Source of the DNA: a virus
Taxonomy: Duplodnaviria; Caudoviricetes
Virus record (IMG/VR): IMGVR_UViG_2799112265_000002
Coordinates: 32,001 to 96,000 of that record
Reading direction: 5' to 3' (one strand)
DNA length: 64,000 nt
The notes under the pieces were generated by a model, which made no database searches, had not been told where the DNA came from, and saw only the letters and a list, made by a program, of their open reading frames with translations. This document shows, piece by piece, positions 56,428 to 64,000 of this stretch. The position numbers were made by a program, and so were the translations under genes. Positions within the stretch are counted from its first letter, which is position 1. Each line of letters opens with the position of its first letter.

Positions 56428-56480
56428 CATCCCGACGGGGCTCGGCATGAGTCGGGCCCCGTCTCAACCCTGGAGGAACT

Positions 56481-56744
56481 GTGTCTCACACCTGGGAGAT
56501 CGAGATCCCGACCCCGCTGATCCAGGTCGTCGCGAGCGAGCACTGGAAGAGCGGTGCCGTCCGTGGGTACGGCGGCTACAACGAGTTCGAGGTCGTCATC
56601 TCCATCGGCGACGTGGAACTGGTTCGCCGGACCGGCGACGACAACGAGCCGGACGACTGGGGCCACTACCTGTCCCTGGACGAGCTGCGCGAGCGGACCG
56701 TCAAGGAGTTCGGCGAGCGCCTGAAGGAGGTGCTGGGCCTGTGA
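56481..56744 (+). CDS. Hypothetical protein
   Basis: GGAGG RBS. Confidence 0.7.
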   Translation: MSHTWEIEIPTPLIQVVASEHWKSGAVRGYGGYNEFEVVISIGDVELVRRTGDDNEPDDWGHYLSLDELRERTVKEFGERLKEVLGL

Positions 56745-57034
56745 GCCTGGAATCGCTGCTGGCCTACATGGGGATCGACACCGACCTCATCATCATCGAC
56801 GAGATCAACGACCTGGAGTCCTTCGAGGGCCCCGAGTTCGACTGCTCCTGAGAGGAACACCATGACCGACCTGAACGAGCCCAAGCACGCCGCGGAGCCG
56901 GAGAAGCCCTTCAAGCAGGTGCTGCGCGAGTCCGCGGTACGCACGCTGATCGAGGGCGCTGCGTGGGCCGTCGGCTTTGCCGTCGTCTACCTGATCCTGT
57001 TCTCCTTCACCCACTGACCCGAGGAGCACCCACC

Positions 57035-57487
57035 ATGTCGCTTAATACCGTGACGGCCCCGGCGGCCGTCGAGATCACCCTGGACGAGGCGAAGTCCCTC
57101 CTGGCCCGTGCGGTCGAGGAGCGTGGCGCCGGCTACACGTACCAGATGCTCACGATCGACGAGCAGTCCCTGTGTGCGTACTTCGACCCGAAGACGAAGG
57201 CGCCGTCCTGCATCGTCGGCCAGGTGCTGGCCTACAAGGGCGTCACCTACGACGACCTGGCGGGCCAGGAGGTCAACACCTACGCCAACATCGAGGCCCT
57301 GAACGACCAGGGCGTGGTGAAGGTCGACAACGACACCCAGGCGCTGCTGGAGATCGCGCAGTCCGAGCAGGACGCCGGCATGCCGTGGGGGCGGGCCGTC
57401 GAGGAGGCGCTGGCGACGTACGAGGGGCGTGCGCAGGCCTACGAGGAAGACGGCTACGACGACCCGTCGCTGGCCTACTGGTTCTGA
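57035..57487 (+). CDS. Hypothetical protein
   Basis: GAGGAG RBS; CAY..PSCIVG..Q..QD.G.PWG actinophage-type motif. Confidence 0.75.
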   Translation: MSLNTVTAPAAVEITLDEAKSLLARAVEERGAGYTYQMLTIDEQSLCAYFDPKTKAPSCIVGQVLAYKGVTYDDLAGQEVNTYANIEALNDQGVVKVDNDTQALLEIAQSEQDAGMPWGRAVEEALATYEGRAQAYEEDGYDDPSLAYWF

Positions 57488-58140
57488 TGGCGACGCCGAA
57501 CATCCTGCTGAGCGGGGTCGTGGGCAGCACTGCCTTCGGCCTTGCTCGGCCCGGCTCGGACATCGACCGGCTGGGCATCTTCGTCCGTCCGACTCCGGAG
57601 TTCTTCCGCATCGGCGCCGTCCACAAGGACTCGCTGGTCTCGAAGGATCCGGACGTCACGCTGCACGAGGTCGGCAAGTACGTGAACCTCGCGCTGAAGT
57701 GCAACCCGACGATCATGGACCTGCTCTACCTGGAGTCCTACGAGGAGCAGTCGTGGGAGGGGGAGTGGCTGGTCGACATCCGCGAGGACTTCCTCTCTGA
57801 GCCCTATGTGCGCTCGGCGTACGGCGGGTACGCCATGGGGCAGATCAAGCGGATCAAGCAGGAGCTGGCCAACGAGGCCAGGCAGAAGCGGGTGGCCAAG
57901 CACGCCCGGCACTGCTTCCGGCTGCTGCGCCAGGGCCAGCAACTGCTGGAGTACGGCACGCTCACGGTCCGCGTGCCGGACCCCGACTTCTACTGGGCGT
58001 TCGACGAGATGTCGGCCGACCAGATCGAGAAGGAGTTCTGGAAGGCGTTCGACACCTTCAACGACCGGCTCGGCATCCTGCCGGCGCAGCCGAGGACCGA
58101 CCGCCTCCAGGACTTCATCAACTACGTGCGGAGGATTTGA
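57487..58140 (+). CDS. RlaP/YcgL-like Pol-beta nucleotidyltransferase
   Basis: GSTAFGLARPGSDIDRLGIF, KCNPT, KHARHCFRLL. Confidence 0.85.
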   Translation: MATPNILLSGVVGSTAFGLARPGSDIDRLGIFVRPTPEFFRIGAVHKDSLVSKDPDVTLHEVGKYVNLALKCNPTIMDLLYLESYEEQSWEGEWLVDIREDFLSEPYVRSAYGGYAMGQIKRIKQELANEARQKRVAKHARHCFRLLRQGQQLLEYGTLTVRVPDPDFYWAFDEMSADQIEKEFWKAFDTFNDRLGILPAQPRTDRLQDFINYVRRI

Positions 58141-58259
58141 GTGAAGTGGCTTCGGGACGTCCCTGACGGCGTCTGGATCGCGGCCCTGCTGGTGGACGCA
58201 GCGGCGGCCGTCTACGTCGGGCACGCCCTTCTGGTGGCGTCTGGACACTGACCTGACCT

Positions 58260-58293
58260 GCGAAGACCCCCTGCTGCGGCGGGGGGTCTTCGC
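58260..58293 (+). terminator. Stem-loop terminator
   Basis: GCGAAGACCCCC...GGGGGTCTTCGC. Confidence 0.65.
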
Positions 58294-58450
58294 ATGCCCG
58301 CACAACCCCACGAGAGTGTGACGCAGGCCATACAGGTTCCGTTGAACGCGTTTCTGATTACGCCTTTCCATTACGCGTTTCTCGTTATAGGTTTCTCTGT
58401 GTCGGGGCCACTCCAGGACCACCGAGAACCGCAGCAACGAGGAGCACCGA

Positions 58451-58861
58451 ATGACCGCCATCACCGACGAGCAGCGCCGCCTCTACATCCGCGAGTTCCT
58501 GAACAACCAGGGCCACCACGGGCTCGGCGCGGTGCTGGCGGAGATCACCGACGGGGACGAGAGCGACACCTACCTGGACTTCGGGGCCTCCCTCCAGATC
58601 CAGGACTGCTCCCGCAGCGTGACGCTCGACTTCGGTGTCTACGGCGGGACTACCTCGCAGGACGATCGCGACCAGCTCCGCAAGGACCTGGAGAACGCCC
58701 GCGCCAAGGCCGACCGGCTCAAGGGCGCCGTCCTCCTCTTCGTCCAGAAGCTGGACGAGGCGCTGAGCGACGTCGAGCAGGACCTCAACAAGCGCGACCG
58801 GCGGGCCGCGAAGAAGAACAAGCACAAGCGCAAGGCCAAGAAGGCCGCGAAGAAGGGCTGA
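58451..58861 (+). CDS. Hypothetical protein with basic C-terminal tail
   Basis: GAGGAG RBS. Confidence 0.75.
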   Translation: MTAITDEQRRLYIREFLNNQGHHGLGAVLAEITDGDESDTYLDFGASLQIQDCSRSVTLDFGVYGGTTSQDDRDQLRKDLENARAKADRLKGAVLLFVQKLDEALSDVEQDLNKRDRRAAKKNKHKRKAKKAAKKG

Positions 58862-58863
58862 AC

Positions 58864-59091
58864 ATGACCGCGAAGCAGGACGACCGCCCCACCATGAACC
58901 TCGGCCACCTGGCCATCCCCCACGAGAGTGCGAGCCAGGACTGGCTCCGGCGCCAGGGAGAGAAGCGCCGCGCGGCCGTAGAGATCGTCGCCGCGGAGTC
59001 CAAGAAGTGGTGGGCCGTGCACGCCCTCCCGGACTCCTTCTACGAGCAGTTCGCCGAGCGCATCGTCACGGCCCTCGACCAGCGTCTCTGA
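58864..59091 (+). CDS. Hypothetical protein
   Basis: Tight packing. Confidence 0.6.
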   Translation: MTAKQDDRPTMNLGHLAIPHESASQDWLRRQGEKRRAAVEIVAAESKKWWAVHALPDSFYEQFAERIVTALDQRL

Positions 59092-59125
59092 CACACCCCA
59101 CAACCACACACCGAGGAGAGCGCAC

Positions 59126-60235
59126 ATGGCGCACCTGTACGACCTGTTCAAGCCCAAGGACCTGCTCGACAACCTCGGTAAGGGGTACGTCCGGACGCAG
59201 ACCAGCCCGGACGGCAGCCGCGTCATCTTCAACTACACGAACCAGACCCAGTACGAGGGCGCCTGGAACGAGGTCACCAAGCAGACCCGCGGACTGATCA
59301 TCGACTCCAAGACGGAGAAGATCGTCTCCCGGCCGTTCCAGAAGTTCTTCAACTACGAGCAGTTGAACCACGCCGACCAGGCCGACCTGATGCACCACGA
59401 GGTGGAGACCTTCAAGAAGTGGGACGGCTCGCTGGGAGTCGGCTACACGCTTAATACCGGGGAGTTCCGCATCGCGACGCGGGGCTCCTTCACCTCCCCG
59501 CAGGCCGAGCACGCCAACCGGATCCTCACCGAGCGGTACCCGACCTTCGAGCCGATCCTGGGCCTGACGTACCTCTTCGAGATCGTCTACCCGGCCAACC
59601 GCGTCGTCGTCGACTACAAGGACCTGGACGACCTGGTCCTGCTCGCGGTGATCAACACCGCGACCGGCCTCACGCTGGCCCACGGCGACTACGACTGGCC
59701 CGGCCCGGTCAACCAGCCGGTGCACTACAAGTCGCTGGGAGAGGTCCTGGCGAAGGTAGAGAACTGGCCGGATAAGAACGCCGAAGGCTTCGTCGTGCGC
59801 TTCCCGCACAACGACCTGCGGGTGAAGTTCAAGTACGACGAGTACAAGCGCCTGCACCGGATCCTGACGAACGTCTCCACGCTGTCGGTGTGGGAAGCGC
59901 TGGCCGCGGGCCAGGGCATCGGGGAGTTCATCGACCACGTGCCGGACGAGTTCTACTCCTGGGTCCACCAGCAGGTGCACCGGCTGGAGGCCGACTTCGA
60001 CCGCGAGCATGCGGCCGTCCTCGACGACTACGAGTACATCGTCAGGCGCCTGCGCCGGCCGGAGACGGACGGCAAGAAGCGGCGCAAGGAGTTCGCGCTC
60101 CAGGCCCAGACGACGCCGTACCCGGGCCTGCTGTTCCGTCTCTACGACGGCCACGACATCACCGCGGACGTCTGGAAGCGGGTGCGCCCGGAGTTCGAGA
60201 AGCCGTTCTGGACGCCGTCGGAGGACGCCGCCTGA
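59126..60235 (+). CDS. RNA ligase (T4 Rnl1-like)
   Basis: RGLI, RPFQKFFN, KWDGSL, TRGSF, FEIV, EGFVV, RVKFK. Confidence 0.93.
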   Translation: MAHLYDLFKPKDLLDNLGKGYVRTQTSPDGSRVIFNYTNQTQYEGAWNEVTKQTRGLIIDSKTEKIVSRPFQKFFNYEQLNHADQADLMHHEVETFKKWDGSLGVGYTLNTGEFRIATRGSFTSPQAEHANRILTERYPTFEPILGLTYLFEIVYPANRVVVDYKDLDDLVLLAVINTATGLTLAHGDYDWPGPVNQPVHYKSLGEVLAKVENWPDKNAEGFVVRFPHNDLRVKFKYDEYKRLHRILTNVSTLSVWEALAAGQGIGEFIDHVPDEFYSWVHQQVHRLEADFDREHAAVLDDYEYIVRRLRRPETDGKKRRKEFALQAQTTPYPGLLFRLYDGHDITADVWKRVRPEFEKPFWTPSEDAA

Positions 60236-60534
60236 TGGAGCCCGACGACTTCGGCGGGTGGTTCGAGGAAGCGGAGCTGGTGGGCGGGCAGAAGCTGCTC
60301 GCCCACCCCCGTAAGGACTGCCTGGGCCGGCACTGCTGCATCCACAACCCCTCCGAGCACCACATGCGCGAGTGGCCGCAGAACTTCCGGCCGGACAAGA
60401 CGCTCACCGAGCGGATCTGTCCCCACGGGTTCGGTCACCCCGACCCAGACGACCTCGAATACAAGCGGATCTACGTCGGCAGGTGGGAGTACCTGGTCGC
60501 CGAGGTCCACGGCTGCGACGGGTGCTGCCAGTGA
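60235..60534 (+). CDS. Cys/His-rich hypothetical protein
   Basis: CCIHNPSEHHM, ERICPHGFGHPDPD, HGCDGCC. Confidence 0.75.
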   Translation: MEPDDFGGWFEEAELVGGQKLLAHPRKDCLGRHCCIHNPSEHHMREWPQNFRPDKTLTERICPHGFGHPDPDDLEYKRIYVGRWEYLVAEVHGCDGCCQ

Positions 60535-60578
60535 CCGTGAAGTGCCTGTGCTGCCGTCCCACCACGAAGGAGAAGCCT

Positions 60579-61448
60579 GTGACCACCCTGACCATGACCA
60601 AGGGCCTGCCGGGCTCGGGGAAGACCACCTGGGCCCGGGAGCAGGTGCTCAAGGCCATCCCGGGCTCGGTCGTCATCGTCTGCAAGGACGACCTGCGGGC
60701 GATGCTGCACGCCGACCGCTTCCACGGCAAGCACGAGCGGCAGATCGTCAAGGCCCGCGACACGATGGTGGAGATGTTCCTGCTCCAGGGGGTCTCCGTG
60801 ATCGTCGCGGACACCAACCTCAACCCGGCCCACGAGGAGCGGCTGGCCCGCATCGCGGAGGGCAAGGGGGCGCGGTTCTTCGTCAAGGACTTCACCGACG
60901 TCTCGCTTAATACCTGCGTCCGCCGCGACCTGAAGCGGGAGAAGAGCGTCGGCGAGAAGGTCATCAGGGACATGTACGAGAAGTACCTGGCCCCCAAGCC
61001 TGCCGACCCTCCGGAGTACCTCCACGGCCGGCCGCACGCCGTCCTGGTGGACCTCGACGGCACGCTGGCCAAGATGGCCGACCGCAGCCCCTTCGACTGG
61101 GACCGCGTGGACGAGGACGACGCGCACCAGGACGTCGTCGACCTGGTGAACACCCTGCGGGACGCGGGCGCCGAGATCGTCTTCGTCTCCGGCCGTGACG
61201 CTCGGGCCTACAAGCGGACCCGGTCCTGGCTGACGCAGCACGTGGGTGACTGGACGAGCCTGTCCCCGCTGCTGATGCGCTCCGAGTACGACATGCGCAA
61301 GGACTCGATCGTGAAGGAGGAGATCTACCGACAGGAGATCCTGGGACGCTACAACGTGTGGCTGGTCCTGGACGACCGCGACCAGGTCGTCGACATGTGG
61401 CGCAATCTCGGCTTGCGTGTCCTCCAGGTGGCGCCCGGAAACTTCTGA
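60579..61448 (+). CDS. pnk: Polynucleotide kinase / 3'-phosphatase (PseT-like)
   Basis: GLPGSGKTT kinase; DLDGTLA, SGR, LDDR HAD phosphatase. Confidence 0.93.
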   Translation: MTTLTMTKGLPGSGKTTWAREQVLKAIPGSVVIVCKDDLRAMLHADRFHGKHERQIVKARDTMVEMFLLQGVSVIVADTNLNPAHEERLARIAEGKGARFFVKDFTDVSLNTCVRRDLKREKSVGEKVIRDMYEKYLAPKPADPPEYLHGRPHAVLVDLDGTLAKMADRSPFDWDRVDEDDAHQDVVDLVNTLRDAGAEIVFVSGRDARAYKRTRSWLTQHVGDWTSLSPLLMRSEYDMRKDSIVKEEIYRQEILGRYNVWLVLDDRDQVVDMWRNLGLRVLQVAPGNF

Positions 61449-61467
61449 GTTTGCTCTCAATAACTAC

Positions 61468-61497
61468 GCCCCCGTCTCAGATTTTGAGGCGGGGGCA
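61468..61497 (+). terminator. Stem-loop
   Basis: GCCCCCGTCTCA...TGAGGCGGGGGC. Confidence 0.55.
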
Positions 61498-61900
61498 AGT
61501 AGTACCCGCTAGTAGCTTGACAATTCACGCCCTACGACTCCGTAAGTAAACCTGTGATCCCCGTCACTTCAACACAGCGTTGAAGTGCCCATTTCGGGCA
61601 GTTACCTCAAGTAACGGTAAAGATCAGCGCGCGTAGATGAACTTTTAAGTACCTGAAAGTCAAGGAAGAGCAAAGAAACGCTGTTGCGTAAGGACCGTCG
61701 GGGCTGTTCGCGTTCATCTTCCGATGCTAAGTTCCGTGCACAGGCCATCCATTAGTTCTTCACAGTCGATCCCCGCGCTCTTTGCGTCAGGCAAGGACTT
61801 GAAACTCGGCTCCGTGAAGGGGATTTGGCCAGCACCATGTGTCTTCACGCGCTCCACCCTCACATCAGGGAGCGCGTTGTTGGAGGGGTTAACCAGGGCC

Positions 61901-62812
61901 ATGAACACAACCAGGCGCGACGGCCAGGACACGGGAGAGCAGGACGTCCGGGAGCTGCGTCGCCTTCATGCGGGGAGCACGCACACACCCGGCGTCGACA
62001 ACGTCCCGTACGTGCGTGACAAGGAAGACGTACCGCACGAGGAAGCGCTCCCCGACTTCTACGGCCTCGACGACGCGGAGTTCCCGACCATCCAAGAGGT
62101 CAAGGACGAGCTGTCCGCCATGGTGGACGCCGGGGAACTGTGCATGGGCTGGGACGCCGAGCAGCAGGCGTTCACCTACTGGTTCCCCGCGGACGAGGAA
62201 GAAGTGTGGGAGGACCTGGCACCTGAACCCACTCCTACCGCACGCCGCCGCAAGACCTTCCGCCCCAAGGGCTTCCGTCGTGCCGTACTGACCGTGGCAG
62301 CCACCGTGGCGCCGCTGCTCCTGGGCATGGTCGCCGAAGCCTCCCTGGACGAGCACGCGCAAAACCGCCGGCCCGGACTGGACCACCCTGACCTGGCGGG
62401 AGGCTGGGCAGAAGAGCCCACGTCGGCCCCCACGTCGGCCTCCATAGCAGCCGACATCGTCACCGAGCCCTTCGAGGCCCGGCCCGACGGGGACAACTAC
62501 GCCCGACATGCCCGGCCGACCGCTGCGACGGCCACGCACATGGCCAGTAGCTACGTCGGCAGGCACCGCAAACTCTCGGGGGCGTCCGTGCCCAAGAAGA
62601 CCGACGCCAAGAGGCCCGACGCCAAGAGGACCGACTCGACGACGGCGAAGACGCCGTCACCGGCCCCTGCGAAGAAGCGCACACTCCCCTCTCCCAGCCC
62701 GATCGGGGCTGCCCCGGAGATGCCGGCCGGCGGGGCCCGGCCGAAGCGCGAAAACCCTGTTCAGGAGGTTGTGCACAACGTTCTGAGCCCCGTCGAGTCG
62801 CTTCTCAGGTAG
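61901..62812 (+). CDS. Membrane-anchored hypothetical protein
   Basis: One TM segment; acidic N-terminus, Pro/Lys-rich C-terminus; YVGRHRK motif. Confidence 0.6.
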   Translation: MNTTRRDGQDTGEQDVRELRRLHAGSTHTPGVDNVPYVRDKEDVPHEEALPDFYGLDDAEFPTIQEVKDELSAMVDAGELCMGWDAEQQAFTYWFPADEEEVWEDLAPEPTPTARRRKTFRPKGFRRAVLTVAATVAPLLLGMVAEASLDEHAQNRRPGLDHPDLAGGWAEEPTSAPTSASIAADIVTEPFEARPDGDNYARHARPTAATATHMASSYVGRHRKLSGASVPKKTDAKRPDAKRTDSTTAKTPSPAPAKKRTLPSPSPIGAAPEMPAGGARPKRENPVQEVVHNVLSPVESLLR

Positions 62813-62840
62813 TCGTTGTCAAGAACTGCCTGCGAAACGC

Positions 62841-62870
62841 TTGACAGAACGCGTAATCCGGAAGCAGTAT
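62841..62870 (+). promoter_or_regulatory. Promoter
   Basis: TTGACA-18nt-CAGTAT with an internal CGTAAT. Confidence 0.6.
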
Positions 62871-62925
62871 GTCGGCATGCCTCGTGCTGCTTCCGGTGCG
62901 GGGTCGTCGAGAGATTGAGGGAGTC

Positions 62926-63297
62926 ATGGGCGAGCGCGTCAGAAAGTTCTGCGACCGCAAGGTGAAGCGGGGCAGGAAGGCCGAGGTCTGTGGCCAGGAC
63001 GTGCCCAACGACGAGTCCACGGTCTTCCAGATCGGTACCACCCGGTACGAGGCGGACCTGTGCCAGGAGCACCAGGACGAGATGCTGGAGGCCATGGAGC
63101 CCTACACGTCCATCGCCCACACGGCCCGCAAGCGCGTCGGTACACAGGTGCGCAAGGCCATCCAGGGTAAGGGCGGCCAGGCATTCACAGCTCAGGACGT
63201 CCGCCAGTGGCTGCGCGAGGAGCGCGGCTACGACGTGCCGGACACCGGCCGGCTGACCAAGGCCTGGATCGAGGAGTTCGAGGCGGCCCACCAGTAG
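62926..63297 (+). CDS. lsr2: Lsr2-like nucleoid-associated protein
   Basis: YEADL; VRQWLREERGYDVPDTGRL..WIEEFEAAH. Confidence 0.85.
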   Translation: MGERVRKFCDRKVKRGRKAEVCGQDVPNDESTVFQIGTTRYEADLCQEHQDEMLEAMEPYTSIAHTARKRVGTQVRKAIQGKGGQAFTAQDVRQWLREERGYDVPDTGRLTKAWIEEFEAAHQ

Positions 63298-63731
63298 CTT
63301 TCATCCGCCTCAGCGAGGGTCGGAGGACCACAGGTCCCCCGGCCCTTTTTCGCGCCCGAGAACAGTGTCCTACCCCCCGCCTCGCGCGAGGAGAGGGGGC
63401 AGTGGCCTGCGATTACAAACACGTAATCGTGATCGTGTAGAAAAGACTCATGCAGATGAGCGAGCGACAGCCGGCCCAGGGGAACCACCTCCCCTCCGCC
63501 AGCCTGCCCATGCTCGTCCTCCCGGTCCACGAGGCATTCTGCCTGGGCCGCGGCGCGTTCCCCGCCCGCTAGGGCAGCTCCTGGTACCTCACCGCCAGTT
63601 GCAGCGTAAGACCCAGCGGGGAACCCTTCCCAACGTTGTCCAGTTAGTTGCTCGATGTGCTTGACAAGCCATAGTGCTGATACGGTAAGTTGTACAACGT
63701 TCTTCAAAGGTGTTCTACGGAACGTCTTCTT

Positions 63732-63805
63732 CTGGATGTAGCGCAGCCCGGTAGCGCGCCTGCTTTGGATGCAGGGGGTCGCAGGTTCGAATCCTGCCAT
63801 CCAGA
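63732..63805 (+). tRNA. tRNA-Pro(TGG)
   Basis: Acceptor stem CTGGATG/CATCCAG; anticodon arm CCTGC-TTTGGAT-GCAGG; GGTTCGAATCC T-arm. Confidence 0.93.
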
Positions 63806-63810
63806 CTCAA

Positions 63811-63883
63811 GGCCCTTTGGCAGAGGAAGTTAATGCGCCCGCCTGAAAAGCGGGAGATCTTGGTGCGATTCCAAGGGGGGCCA
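63811..63883 (+). tRNA. tRNA-Phe(GAA)
   Basis: Acceptor stem GGCCCTT/GGGGGCC; anticodon arm CCCGC-CTGAAAA-GCGGG; atypical T-loop TGCGATT. Confidence 0.85.
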
Positions 63884-64000
63884 CTTTGTCCAGACGCCGA
63901 GCCCTGTTCCTGGACAAAAACTGCAATCAACCCTGAACAGGGGCGGGAGACCGAAACGCATTACTGGGGCGAATCCGCAGAACCTGTGTGGTAGGGAGCA

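Larger units (their letters stand above)
4402..60914 (+). repeat. Dispersed polar motif CTTAATACC (26 exact copies + 3 CTTAATAT)
   Basis: Exact copies at 4402, 6058, 7709, 8313, 11266, 14587, 15811, 16599, 18587, 19155, 20059, 21573, 22830, 23274, 25565, 27395, 31013, 31037, 32456, 33519, 34319, 40326, 55634, 57041, 59450, 60906; variants at 6464, 35119, 38806. Confidence 0.92.

Noticed and set aside
4402-60914. LNT as a conserved peptide signal, or bldA (TTA) control through the motif
   Set aside because: The codons are fixed and rare, an LNT with normal codons exists, and TTA is never in frame, so the constraint is on the nucleotides.
212-63800. Many long minus-strand and alternate-frame ORFs (e.g. 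16527-18383, 29363-31198, 36551-38428, 49493-51205)
   Set aside because: They are shadows of high-GC3 plus-strand genes, with no RBS or recognisable motifs.

Overview
This is a 64-kb segment of a large, high-GC (about 68% by eye) actinobacteriophage, most likely a Streptomyces myovirus. Supporting evidence is a baseplate J-like gene, a P2 tail-I-like gene, WhiB, Lsr2, DUF2637 and HrdB-type promoters. Nearly all real genes are on the + strand. Gene order: baseplate/tail fibre and holin-like genes (1-5 kb); a replication module with an initiator carrying an internal origin, DnaC, DnaB, primase, SNF2 helicase, SSB and Pol A (5-18.5 kb); nucleotide metabolism and recombination genes (class II RNR, RecA, WhiB, Cas4-like nuclease, ThyX, dNMP kinase, resolvases, SpoVS; 18.5-28 kb); a poorly annotated block with endolysin, glycosylase-like, nucleotidyltransferase, ParB-like and TGT-like genes (28-40 kb); an early-type region of small genes behind repeated promoter cassettes, with two non-coding repeat clusters that may mark a genome end (40.7-56 kb); then RNA repair genes, Lsr2 and the start of a tRNA cluster. 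The strongest unexplained signal is the AT-rich 9-mer CTTAATACC. I found 26 exact copies plus 3 CTTAATAT variants, all on the + strand, written into genes as the rare codons CTT-AAT-ACC. The four copies outside annotated genes sit in-frame in tiny ORFs. All protein family calls come from motif recognition by eye, not database searches.
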